Below, piece by piece: positions 8,942-17,534 of a stretch of 64,000 nucleotides of DNA. The position numbers and the translations under genes are program-made. Position 1 is the stretch's first letter; each line of letters begins with the position of its first letter. Under the pieces are notes generated by a model. The model searched no databases and was not told where the DNA came from. It was given only the letters and a program-made list of their open reading frames with translations. This DNA comes from Polyangiaceae bacterium (lineage in GTDB: Bacteria > Myxococcota_A > Polyangia > Polyangiales > Polyangiaceae): positions 30,642-94,641 of the forward strand of contig JAICUB010000015.1 of the NCBI GenBank assembly GCA_025936045.1. Direction: 5' to 3'.

Positions 8942-10108
8942 ATGACGCGCATTCTTCCCACGCTCCGCTTCGCCGTCTGGTCGGGCGCGCTTGCGCTCTC
9001 CTACGGCTGCAGTTCGTCGAACCCGAGCAGCGCTGGCGCGGTTGCGGGTACTGGAGGCTCAGGTCTGGCAGGCTCGGGAGGGAAGCTCGGCGCAGGCGGT
9101 TCACCGGGCTCGGGCTCCGGTGGCTCACTCGGATCCGGTGGTGCCGGTGGCACGCCGCTTTCGAGCGGTTCCGGCGCGTCGGGTTCGAGTGGCTTCGCTG
9201 GTACGACTTCGTCGATCGATTCGGGCGGAGTGTCCGGTTCTGTTGGCGCAGCCGGTCGCGGAGGCCGCGCTGGTCTTGGCGGTTCGGGCGGCTCGGGCGG
9301 GATGACGGGCTCCGGCGGAAAAGATTCGGGCGCCTCGGGGATTGGCGGCGTGGCCGCTCATGGGGGGGCAGCGGGCGCTGCGGGTGCAGGCGGCAGCGGA
9401 ACCGCGGGGACGGCGGGCGCCGGGGGCTCGTCGGCGCATACCGGAAGGTGGCGCATCATGCCTCTCGGTGATTCGATCACGGGCAGCACCTGTTACCCGC
9501 AGCTCTTGTCGAAGGAGCTGATTTCGAACGGGCACGCCAATTTCGACTTCGTCGGATTGAACCTCAACAACCAGAGCTGCGGGACGGGCGCTCCGAACCT
9601 GATGACCGAAGGTCACGGCGGCTACGACGTGACCTTCCTCCTCACCGACAGCCCTCCGCAATCGGGCCACGGAACGTTGGCAGAGCTTCAGAGTTGGGCG
9701 GCGGAGAAGCCCGACGTCGTGCTCATGGAATACGCCACCAACGACATCTGGGGCGGCACTTCGTTGCCGAGCATCCTCAGCGCTTACAGTTTCGTGGTCG
9801 ATCAATTCCGAATTCAGAATTCGAGCGTCATTTTCTTCGTCGCGCAAATCACCCCGCTGCATCCGAGCGGCTGCTCGGCGTGCGAATCGAACGTGGAGGC
9901 GCTAAATTCGATGATTCCATCCTGGGCCGACGGTGAGACGTCGACGGCGTCGCCGATTCACGTGGTCAACGTCTGGGCCGCGCTCCCGCAGGCGAGCTAT
10001 CTCCCCAACTCGCAATACACGAGCGACGGGGTTCACCCGAATGCGGCGGGCGCGCAGCTGATGGCCGACGTTTGGTCTGCGGCACTCGTCGCCACCGGCA
10101 TTCCGTGA
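8942..10108 (+). CDS. SGNH/GDSL hydrolase lipoprotein (CE3-like carbohydrate esterase)
   Basis: Start MTRIL at 8942, lipobox SYGC, Gly/Ser linker, IMPLGDSITG, EGHGG, TND and DGVHPN. Confidence 0.85.
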   Translation: MTRILPTLRFAVWSGALALSYGCSSSNPSSAGAVAGTGGSGLAGSGGKLGAGGSPGSGSGGSLGSGGAGGTPLSSGSGASGSSGFAGTTSSIDSGGVSGSVGAAGRGGRAGLGGSGGSGGMTGSGGKDSGASGIGGVAAHGGAAGAAGAGGSGTAGTAGAGGSSAHTGRWRIMPLGDSITGSTCYPQLLSKELISNGHANFDFVGLNLNNQSCGTGAPNLMTEGHGGYDVTFLLTDSPPQSGHGTLAELQSWAAEKPDVVLMEYATNDIWGGTSLPSILSAYSFVVDQFRIQNSSVIFFVAQITPLHPSGCSACESNVEALNSMIPSWADGETSTASPIHVVNVWAALPQASYLPNSQYTSDGVHPNAAGAQLMADVWSAALVATGIP

Positions 10109-10168
10109 ACCGGAGCGCTCGGAGTCTCTCCGGCTCAGCGGCAGTAGCAGGTCAGGGCCTGCCTCGGG

Positions 10169-11008
10169 TCATTTCGCAGTGCAGCCACTCGCATCGAGCG
10201 GGTCACAGGGGAATGCGAAACGACCTTTCAGGTTGAGCACGGGCTCCCCGGGCGCCGCGGCGGCCGTGAGCGCGAACGAGCCGGCGACCCCGCTCCGATC
10301 GAAGCGCGTGAGCTCGAGCTCGCCCCCTTGCGCCTTGTAATAGTCGAGCCGCCCGCCCCGCACGGTTTGCGCCACGAAGTCGCCCGCGGCCGCGGCCGCC
10401 ATGTCCGCCGCGCTGATCCGATAATGACCTGCTCCGAAGGGCACGTCCCGGTAACGGGAGCGGTCGCTCGTCATCAAGGTGACGCCTCCCTGATCGTCGA
10501 GACAGCTCAGCCGCAGGATGTGTCGCCGGGGATCGGACGCCATGGCTTGGGCGAGCTTCCGTTGCGCTTCCTCGTCGGTCGCGAACACGGCGACGCGCGC
10601 CCCGATGACGCGGCGTAGGTCGCTTTCGCTCGCCCAATAGTCGGAGCTAGCTTGCACGTCGGTCATGGGGTCCCTCGGCGTGGAGGCGAAGAACGTTCCC
10701 GTGATGGTGCGGGCGATGGGGCCTTCGATCCGGATCCAGCACGCCTCGCGCGACGGCAAGAGCGGCCGCGCGGGCCCGCTCGCGGCGGGCGGGATCTCGA
10801 CGAAATGCGGCTCGACGACGCGCGCGCGCAGCGCTTTAGGGAACACGTGCCGCTTCGGCCGTGCGCGACAGGCAGAGAGCATGGTGAGCGCCGCGAGCGC
10901 GACCAGTGACCAGCAAGGGGCGGCGTCTACGTCCCCACGCTTTTCGCCGCCTACACCCAAGCTCGCTCGGGTGTATCGAAATAGCAAACCACCGACGGGA
11001 CAGACCAC
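10169..11008 (-). CDS. Hypothetical exported protein/lipoprotein
   Basis: Hydrophobic segment ending LSAC; protein-like composition; true start probably downstream of 11008. Confidence 0.5.
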   Translation of the reverse strand: MVCPVGGLLFRYTRASLGVGGEKRGDVDAAPCWSLVALAALTMLSACRARPKRHVFPKALRARVVEPHFVEIPPAASGPARPLLPSREACWIRIEGPIARTITGTFFASTPRDPMTDVQASSDYWASESDLRRVIGARVAVFATDEEAQRKLAQAMASDPRRHILRLSCLDDQGGVTLMTSDRSRYRDVPFGAGHYRISAADMAAAAAGDFVAQTVRGGRLDYYKAQGGELELTRFDRSGVAGSFALTAAAAPGEPVLNLKGRFAFPCDPLDASGCTAK

Positions 11009-11152
11009 GCCAAAAACTAGTGAGTTTTGCGGGTTTCACCCAGTGAGACCCCAAAATTCACGATCGATGCGAGTGGTCTCCGGTGTAGGCCCATGGTCGT
11101 CCCTCGACCGCTCGCGGCCACAGAACGGGACGCGTGCGTTTCGGCTTCATAC

Positions 11153-12523
11153 TTAGGCGAGCAAGCCGCTGAGCGGAGCCTTCGCGCGAGCGAACGACGT
11201 TTGATTGACGCCCAGGGCCTGCATGATGGCGACGTAGATGCCTTCGATACTGCCGCTGCCGGCGATGGCGCGACCGGTCTGCAGCGCACCGCCCGCCGAG
11301 CCCGCCAGCAAGACGGGCATGTCTTGGTTGCTGTGCGAGTTACCGTCGCTGAGCTCGCTGAAACACATGCACACCATGTTGTCGAGCATGGTGCCGTCGC
11401 CATCCTGGATCTTGTCCAGGGCTTGCAGCACGTAGACGAACTGGCTCACGAGCCACTGGTTGACGGTCGCGTAGTTGGCGAGCGCCGTCGGGTCGTTGTT
11501 GTGGTGCGTCACGTTGGAGTGATAACCGACGTTGACGCCGAGCCAGGTGTGGCGGATTTCGGTCGTCGTGTGCTCGTAGGCGAAGGTGCCCACGCGCGTC
11601 ACGTCGCACATGAGCGCATTGATCATGATGTCGAGCATGACCTTCACGTGCGTCGGGAGATCGTTGGTCTGGCTCGGCGGCGCGCCCGGGTTGCAGCTCG
11701 CCGTGACGGGGCCCGTCTGTCCCGTGGTCGACATCGTCTTGATGGTGCGCTCGAGCTCGCTCAGGCCGGTCAAGTACTGGTCGAGCTTTTCCTTGTCGGA
11801 AGCACCGAGCTTCGCCTTGAGGTCGTTCGACTGCGACATGACGAGGTCGAGCACGCTCTTTCGCAAGGTGGGCGTCGCGTCGGTCATCCCGGCGGCGCCG
11901 CCGGTCCCCGTGCCACCGCCCATCGTGCTCATGCCGCCGAAGGCCCGCGTGAACGCCTTGACCGGATCAATCTCGCGCGAAAGCGGGGCCGTGGAGGAGG
12001 ACCAGTTCAAGTTGTCCTTCAGCACGGTGCTGTAGCCGCTTTCAGCGTTGGGGTTCTCCGTGTTGTGCGTCGTCCCGAGCTCGAGGCTCGTGAGCGCCGT
12101 TTGCCCGGCCCAGGCCTGGGCCACCACCTGATCCCACGAGATGGAATTATTGGTGCTGCCACTCGCGCATTGAACGCCCGTGAGCACACCCGAAATCCCG
12201 CAGGTGTGCCCGCGCGGACCGCCGATGGCGCTCGTGCCTGTGACCACGGCGACCTTCGGCTTGAGGCCCGCGTCGTCCACGGGCTTCATGGTCGAGCTCA
12301 AGGTGAAGCCCGTGCCCGTGCCGATTGGCTTCCACGCCGTCATGTTGCAGCCCGCCGGCATGTGGAAGAGGAACAGCCGCTTCGGCCCAGCTGCATACGC
12401 CCTCTGCTCTTGGAAGAACTCGAGGTAGGGCAGCGCGAGCAGCGCGCCGCCGCCCGCCAAGAACCAGCGTCGCTTCACCCTCTTCAGGTGACTCTCCAAC
12501 CATCGTTCCCTGCTATTTGACAT
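11153..12523 (-). CDS. DUF1552 family protein (Tat-like signal)
   Basis: RRWFLAGGGALLALPYLE, KRLFLFHMPAG, SWDQ, SVLDLV, LDQYLTGLSELE, CDVTRV, GNSHS..PVLLAG. Confidence 0.9.
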   Translation of the reverse strand: MSNSRERWLESHLKRVKRRWFLAGGGALLALPYLEFFQEQRAYAAGPKRLFLFHMPAGCNMTAWKPIGTGTGFTLSSTMKPVDDAGLKPKVAVVTGTSAIGGPRGHTCGISGVLTGVQCASGSTNNSISWDQVVAQAWAGQTALTSLELGTTHNTENPNAESGYSTVLKDNLNWSSSTAPLSREIDPVKAFTRAFGGMSTMGGGTGTGGAAGMTDATPTLRKSVLDLVMSQSNDLKAKLGASDKEKLDQYLTGLSELERTIKTMSTTGQTGPVTASCNPGAPPSQTNDLPTHVKVMLDIMINALMCDVTRVGTFAYEHTTTEIRHTWLGVNVGYHSNVTHHNNDPTALANYATVNQWLVSQFVYVLQALDKIQDGDGTMLDNMVCMCFSELSDGNSHSNQDMPVLLAGSAGGALQTGRAIAGSGSIEGIYVAIMQALGVNQTSFARAKAPLSGLLA

Positions 12524-12549
12524 CGTTCTGCTCCACGAGGGCAAAGGGT

Positions 12550-14403
12550 TCAGGGCGCGCCGCGCCGAGACAGCATCGCGTCGGTGGCCACCACGCGCCG
12601 CACCAACGCGGACATGCGACCGTTGTCGTCGCGATTGAAGGCTTGCGCCAAGTCGGAGATGACACAGGCGTCCTCCGCCTGCGTCTCACGCCCGAGGGCG
12701 TACGAGAGGAGGTACTGCACGACCGCCGTCGGCATGCGCGGGTCCTGTCGCAAGAGGGCCTCGAGCGCGATAGCCCCCGTAAAGGACGAGCCGGTGTCGA
12801 GTGTGCCCGAGGCGTCCACGGGGCTGCCGTTGTCCGTGTCGCGCCAGGCGCCGATGGCGTCGTAATTCTCGAGCCCGAATCCGATGGGATCCATGACGCT
12901 GTGACAGCTCGCGCAGGCAGTGTTGCCGACGTGAGCCTCGAGACGCTGGCGCATCGTGGCTCCGACCGGAACCGTCGTGCTGTCGAGCGGCGGCACCATC
13001 GCCGGCGGCGGCGGCGGGGGATCGGCGAGCACTCGCGCGAGCACCCACTGTCCGCGCCGAACGGGCGACGTCCGCTCCGACAGCGACGTCACCGTGAGGA
13101 ACGAAGCCTGCGTCAGAATGCCGCCACGCTGGCCGTTGCCGTCGAGGGCGAAGCGCTGGAACGTATCGTTGAATTGGCCGGGGATACCGTAAAATTGAGC
13201 GAGCTCGGCGTTCAGGTAGGTGAACTTGGCCGTCAGGAAGTCCATGAAGTTCACGTCCGCCGTCATGAACTCGCGCATGAACATGGACGTCTCGGTCTGC
13301 ATGGCCGCTTGCAACGCGGAGTCGAACCTCGGGAAAATGTCCGCCGCCGGGGCCTTCGAGACCGTTACGTTTTGCGTGTTCAGCCAGAGGCCGGGGAAGC
13401 GAGTGAAGAAGGCGTCCGCCTTGGGATCAGCCCACATCCGGTCGAGCTCGGCTTGCACCCCTGCGCTGGTTCCGAGCGTGCCCTTGGCAGCCGCGTCGAT
13501 GAGCGCGGCGTCCGGCATCGAGCTCCAGACGAAGTAGGAGAGCCGTGATGCGAGCTCATAGGGATCGACCGCGTGCTGTTCGGTCGAGTCGGGCGTGGGG
13601 TCGAGCTCCGGCCGGAACAGGAAGTGCGGTGAGAGCAGCACCGCCTCGACCATGAACTTCATGCCATCTTCGAAGCTGAGCCCGGCGGCGCGAGCCTGCG
13701 TGTAGAGGGCAACCAAGCTGTCGGCCTCACCCGATTTCAGGGGCCGGCGCCAGGCTCGCGCAGCGAACTGGGTCGCGGCTTGGCTCGCGCAGGTCGACTC
13801 ACTCGACGACTGCGGGTTGCAGGTGCCCAGCACGGAGGCCCGGCCAGGGCTTCCTGCGGCCATGGAGCTCGTCGCGAGCGCGAGGGCCAGCGCTTCGTAC
13901 TGCGACGCGAGCGTCGGGCTGATCGTGAGTGCGGCGGCGTTGTTGTCGAAGCCGCCGTCGCCGCTGTCCGGATCGAGCGCGTTCATGACGGTGTGGCTCG
14001 TATCGCCCAGCAGATCCCGCACTGTGTTGTCGTATTCGACGCGATTGAGGCGCGTCATCACGCGGAAAGGCACGGCCGCCGGCGCCCCACTCGCGCAAGT
14101 CGTCGCCATGCCGCCCCCGGTTCCCGCCGTAACGCTCGCCGTGCCGCCATTGCTTCCGCCGTTCCCGCCCTTGGCTATGGCACCGCTTCCCCCGGTCGGC
14201 GCTGCTGCGGCGCTCCCGCCGGTTGCGGTCGCCGAGCTGCCGCCTCCGGCACCGGGATTGGACGTCGTGGCGCCGAGGGTGCCGGCGCTCGCACCGCTGC
14301 CATCCGAAGGAACCCCTGTAATGGTGGTGCTGCATCCGGCGAGCAATGCAGCCAGGCACGTGCCCAGGCGCAAGACTGAAACTCCGGGGCGAGCCTTGGT
14401 CAT
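12550..14403 (-). CDS. DUF1592/1588/1595/1587/1585 domain lipoprotein
   Basis: RLNRVEYDNTVRDL, AWRRP, YELASRLSYFVWSSMPD, TSPVRRGQWV, CASCH..DPIGFGLENYD; lipobox LAGC; GGAG before ATG 14403 (alternative start 14457). Confidence 0.9.
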   Translation of the reverse strand: MTKARPGVSVLRLGTCLAALLAGCSTTITGVPSDGSGASAGTLGATTSNPGAGGGSSATATGGSAAAAPTGGSGAIAKGGNGGSNGGTASVTAGTGGGMATTCASGAPAAVPFRVMTRLNRVEYDNTVRDLLGDTSHTVMNALDPDSGDGGFDNNAAALTISPTLASQYEALALALATSSMAAGSPGRASVLGTCNPQSSSESTCASQAATQFAARAWRRPLKSGEADSLVALYTQARAAGLSFEDGMKFMVEAVLLSPHFLFRPELDPTPDSTEQHAVDPYELASRLSYFVWSSMPDAALIDAAAKGTLGTSAGVQAELDRMWADPKADAFFTRFPGLWLNTQNVTVSKAPAADIFPRFDSALQAAMQTETSMFMREFMTADVNFMDFLTAKFTYLNAELAQFYGIPGQFNDTFQRFALDGNGQRGGILTQASFLTVTSLSERTSPVRRGQWVLARVLADPPPPPPAMVPPLDSTTVPVGATMRQRLEAHVGNTACASCHSVMDPIGFGLENYDAIGAWRDTDNGSPVDASGTLDTGSSFTGAIALEALLRQDPRMPTAVVQYLLSYALGRETQAEDACVISDLAQAFNRDDNGRMSALVRRVVATDAMLSRRGAP

Positions 14404-14476
14404 CGGGTTCTCCACTTCCGCCGGCACCCGGCTCGTCGGGGTCTTGTCGCTAGCCATGGCCGTTTTCTGCGTTCGG

Positions 14477-14504
14477 AGTTCCCCCTGGACGGAATCAAGG
14501 TTCA
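14477..14504 (-). promoter_or_regulatory. Putative ECF-sigma promoter TGAACC-N16-GGAACT facing DUF1592-DUF1552
   Basis: Minus strand TGAACC TTGATTCCGTCCAGGG GGAACT; 25 of 28 bases identical to the 8801-8828 copy. Confidence 0.75.
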
Positions 14505-14549
14505 GGTCCGTGAAAAAAGCCCGTCGACAGGGAGGTGAGCTACTGGAAT

Positions 14550-14577
14550 TGGACCTTCGTCGAACTGAGCGGGAACT
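14550..14577 (+). promoter_or_regulatory. Putative autoregulatory ECF promoter TGGACC-N16-GGAACT
   Basis: TGGACC TTCGTCGAACTGAGCG GGAACT, directly upstream of the sigma gene. Confidence 0.8.
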
Positions 14578-14604
14578 TCGTGTGATGCTAGGACCAACGA
14601 TCGC

Positions 14605-15261
14605 GTGATTGCCGAAGTGCACGACCCCGAGCCGGCCCGGCCCGAGGGGGTTGTCCTTCCGCTCGGCTTCTCGGGCGACGACGCCGCTCTCGTCGCCGCG
14701 CTCCGCGAGCACCACCCGGGCGCCAAGGCGGCGTTTTTTCACCGTCACGCCGTCTACGTGGAGCGCGTCATCACGCGCGTCATCGGCTTCGATCACGAGC
14801 TCTCCGACATCGTGCAGGATGTCTTCTTGAGCGCGCTTTCGTCGCTCCACACGCTGAGGGACGCGGCCTCTCTCCGCCCCTGGATCGCTCAGGTCGCGAC
14901 CCAGACGGCGCGCAAGGTGCTGCGAACGCGCTCGCGGCGGCGCTGGCTTCGTCTTTTCGTCGATCGAGAGGACGAGAAGAGCTCGGAGCGGGTGACGAGC
15001 GGCACGGACCTCGCGACGCTGCGTGCACTCGGTGCCGTATACTCGGTCCTGGAAGAGCTCCCCGCCGACGAACACATCGCCTTCGCGTTGCGGTTCATCG
15101 AAGGAATGGAAATCGCGGAGGTGGCCGCCGCGTGCCGGGTATCGCTGTCTACTGCCAAGCGACGGCTGCAGCGTGCGGAGCGGCGCTTCGTCGACAAAGC
15201 TCGGCAGCGACCCGAGCTCGCAGATTGGTTGGGAAGAGGAGCACGATGGAAGAACCAATGA
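14605..15261 (+). CDS. ECF RNA polymerase sigma factor
   Basis: Region 2 DIVQDVF..LRPWI; region 4 AFALRFIEGMEIAEVA..STAKRRL. Confidence 0.92.
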   Translation: MIAEVHDPEPARPEGVVLPLGFSGDDAALVAALREHHPGAKAAFFHRHAVYVERVITRVIGFDHELSDIVQDVFLSALSSLHTLRDAASLRPWIAQVATQTARKVLRTRSRRRWLRLFVDREDEKSSERVTSGTDLATLRALGAVYSVLEELPADEHIAFALRFIEGMEIAEVAAACRVSLSTAKRRLQRAERRFVDKARQRPELADWLGRGARWKNQ

Positions 15262-16514
15262 TTCCCTTCGAGTCGTTGGGCCGGCGCGTTGCCGAGGCGC
15301 TGGACGAGCACGGCGTGGAACGCCGGCGTGCGGTAGAGCGCGCGCGCCATCAGTACCTGGCGATCGCGATGCGGAGGCCCGTCCGTTCGCGGCGTGCGCT
15401 GGTCGGATTGGCTGCGGCGGTGGCGGCCGTGCTGGTCGCAATCGGCGTGTTCGTCCAGGTTCGACCCCGTCCGCTTACGTTCACGGCTGGGGAGCAGGCG
15501 GGCGTCGTCGAGACCTGGGTGGCCGCACCCGACGGTCACGAAGTACCGCTGCGGTTCTCCGACGGCACGTTGTTCCGCCTGGAGCCGTCGTCACGGGCGC
15601 GCGTGGTCGCTGTCGGAGCTCGCGGGGCGAGCCTGGCTTTGGAGCGCGGAAGTCTGCATGCAGACGTGGTGCACTCCGACCAGAGTGCTTGGCGCGTAAT
15701 TGCTGGACCGCTCACGGTCCGGGTTACCGGCACCCGCTTCGACGTACGCTGGAGCGCGAGCGCGGAGGAGTTCTCCGTTGCGGTGACGAGAGGGAGTGTG
15801 GCGGTTTCAGGTGCCGTCGTGGGCGAGGAGCGCGCGGTTCGAGCCGGTGAGACGCTGCGCGTCTTCGTGAATGAGCACCGGCTCGAACTCGCGAGCACGG
15901 CGGAGCTCGCGGCCGACGGGGGTGTAAAGGCCGCAGGTGCCGCGCCGCAGCCTGCGCCAAGCGTCCCGGAAGCGGAGGCAACACTGGCGCGCACCGCCGA
16001 TCCCGCCAAACCGAGCGCCACTCGGACACCGGCGCCGGCCGTTCCCTCCCACGCACCGGATTGGCGACAATTCGCCCGCCAGGGCTCGCTGCGCGAGGCC
16101 TTTGCCGCTGCGCAGGCGACGGGTTTCGACGCGGCGTGCCAGAGCGCTTCACCCTCCGAGCTGCTGCAACTCGGAGACGGGGCACGTTTGTCCGGAAATC
16201 CGGCCAGCGCCAAGCGGGCGCTGATCCAGCTGCGCAGCTCCTTCCCCGGCGATTCGCGCCGCGCCGCGGCTGCGTTCGCCCTCGGAAAAATCGCTTTCGA
16301 TCAGAGTCGCGCGTACGAGGAAGCGGTGGAATGGTTCGAGACCACCATTCGCGAACAGCCGGGCGGCTCCCTCGTGCGGGAAGCGGCGGGACGTTTGATC
16401 GAGGCCCGCCGCCGCGCGGGAGACACTGCCGGTGCACGGCGCGCCGCTGAAAGCTACCTGGCGCGCTACCCCGCCGGACCGCATGCCGATCTCGCGCGCT
16501 CGCTCGTGCGATAA
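15258..16514 (+). CDS. FecR-domain anti-sigma factor with C-terminal TPR
   Basis: ATGA overlap with the sigma gene (alternative start 15246); single TM; LRFSDG..LERG..VRVTGTRFDV; TPR tail YLARYPAGPHA. Confidence 0.85.
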   Translation: MIPFESLGRRVAEALDEHGVERRRAVERARHQYLAIAMRRPVRSRRALVGLAAAVAAVLVAIGVFVQVRPRPLTFTAGEQAGVVETWVAAPDGHEVPLRFSDGTLFRLEPSSRARVVAVGARGASLALERGSLHADVVHSDQSAWRVIAGPLTVRVTGTRFDVRWSASAEEFSVAVTRGSVAVSGAVVGEERAVRAGETLRVFVNEHRLELASTAELAADGGVKAAGAAPQPAPSVPEAEATLARTADPAKPSATRTPAPAVPSHAPDWRQFARQGSLREAFAAAQATGFDAACQSASPSELLQLGDGARLSGNPASAKRALIQLRSSFPGDSRRAAAAFALGKIAFDQSRAYEEAVEWFETTIREQPGGSLVREAAGRLIEARRRAGDTAGARRAAESYLARYPAGPHADLARSLVR

Positions 16515-16523
16515 CATCGAGCC

Positions 16524-17534
16524 TTGCGTTTCGACGTAGGTCTCGCGTGCTTGTCACTCGTCGCCGGACCGGCGCTCTGGGCGGGGGTTTCCCGTGCAGA
16601 CAGCTCGGTATCTCGCGTGCTGCTGGTCGATCCTGGCAGCGAGCCCCTCACCGTGCGGCTGCGCGAGGAGATCGAATCGCTCGGCCTCGAAGTCACGGTC
16701 GTCTCCGAGGGCGACCCGGCAGAGCCGCTCGAGTTGCGGGCGCGCCTCGCCGACGCCGTCGCAGCGATTCGGATCACGCAGCGCGGGTCCGGTTCCGTCG
16801 ACATGACGATCCTGGATCGCGCGACCGGGAAGACCGTGAGCCGTCATCTGCCGATCGCGACGGGCACCGATCCCGCAGCGAGTGAGCTCGTGGCGACCCG
16901 CACCGTCGAGCTCCTCCGTGCGAGCCTGATGGAACTCGAGGCGCCGCATCCAGCGCGCGGTGACGCGGCCGTGACAGCCGAGGTGCGAGCTCTCGCGGCC
17001 CCCGTCCCCCAACCGCGCCCGACTACTCTGGCCGTCGCCGCGGGCCCCGCGCTCGTAACGAGTCAGAGCCTCGGTGTCTCACTCGACATCTGGCTCGCAG
17101 TGCTGCTGAGAACGCGGAACGGCTTCGGAGCGACTGCAGCCGTGGTTGCTCCGGGTACCGGCAGCGGGATCCGAAGCGCCGAGGGTCGTGTGAACGCAGC
17201 GGCGTGGCAGTACCGAATCGGCGCCGTTTTCGAAGGTCCGCGCCTCACGCGCGCGCTATCCCCACATTTCGAGGCCGGCGCCACCCTCGTCAGTCTCACC
17301 ACCGACGGCGTCGCGAGCGCTCCCTTTCGGGGCGTCGACCAACATTCGACGCTGTGGGGGCCGTGGGGGTCCGCGGGCCTCCGCTGCGAGTTCGTGCCCC
17401 GACTCGCCGTCGTCACGGCGGCGGAGGTCGCCCTGCTCTTTCCCGAGACAGTGATCCGCTCCGACGGTCGTGAGCTCGCGACGTTCGGGCAGCCGCTGGT
17501 CGCAGCGAACGCCGGACTCGAAATCGCATGGTGA
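16524..17534 (+). CDS. Exported protein with probable C-terminal beta-barrel (ECF-operon associated)
   Basis: Signal peptide, amphipathic beta-strands, terminal aromatic residue (GLEIAW). Confidence 0.55.
   Translation: MRFDVGLACLSLVAGPALWAGVSRADSSVSRVLLVDPGSEPLTVRLREEIESLGLEVTVVSEGDPAEPLELRARLADAVAAIRITQRGSGSVDMTILDRATGKTVSRHLPIATGTDPAASELVATRTVELLRASLMELEAPHPARGDAAVTAEVRALAAPVPQPRPTTLAVAAGPALVTSQSLGVSLDIWLAVLLRTRNGFGATAAVVAPGTGSGIRSAEGRVNAAAWQYRIGAVFEGPRLTRALSPHFEAGATLVSLTTDGVASAPFRGVDQHSTLWGPWGSAGLRCEFVPRLAVVTAAEVALLFPETVIRSDGRELATFGQPLVAANAGLEIAW

Noticed and set aside
10970-11100. AT-richer patch as a possible transposon end or second att site
   Set aside because: I found no terminal inverted repeat, tRNA fragment or transposase; it is adequately explained as a promoter region.
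14458-15441. N-terminal extension of the 963-aa ORF 12550-15441
   Set aside because: It is antisense to the sigma/FecR genes; the promoter, RBS and lipoprotein signal place the start at 14403 or 14457.
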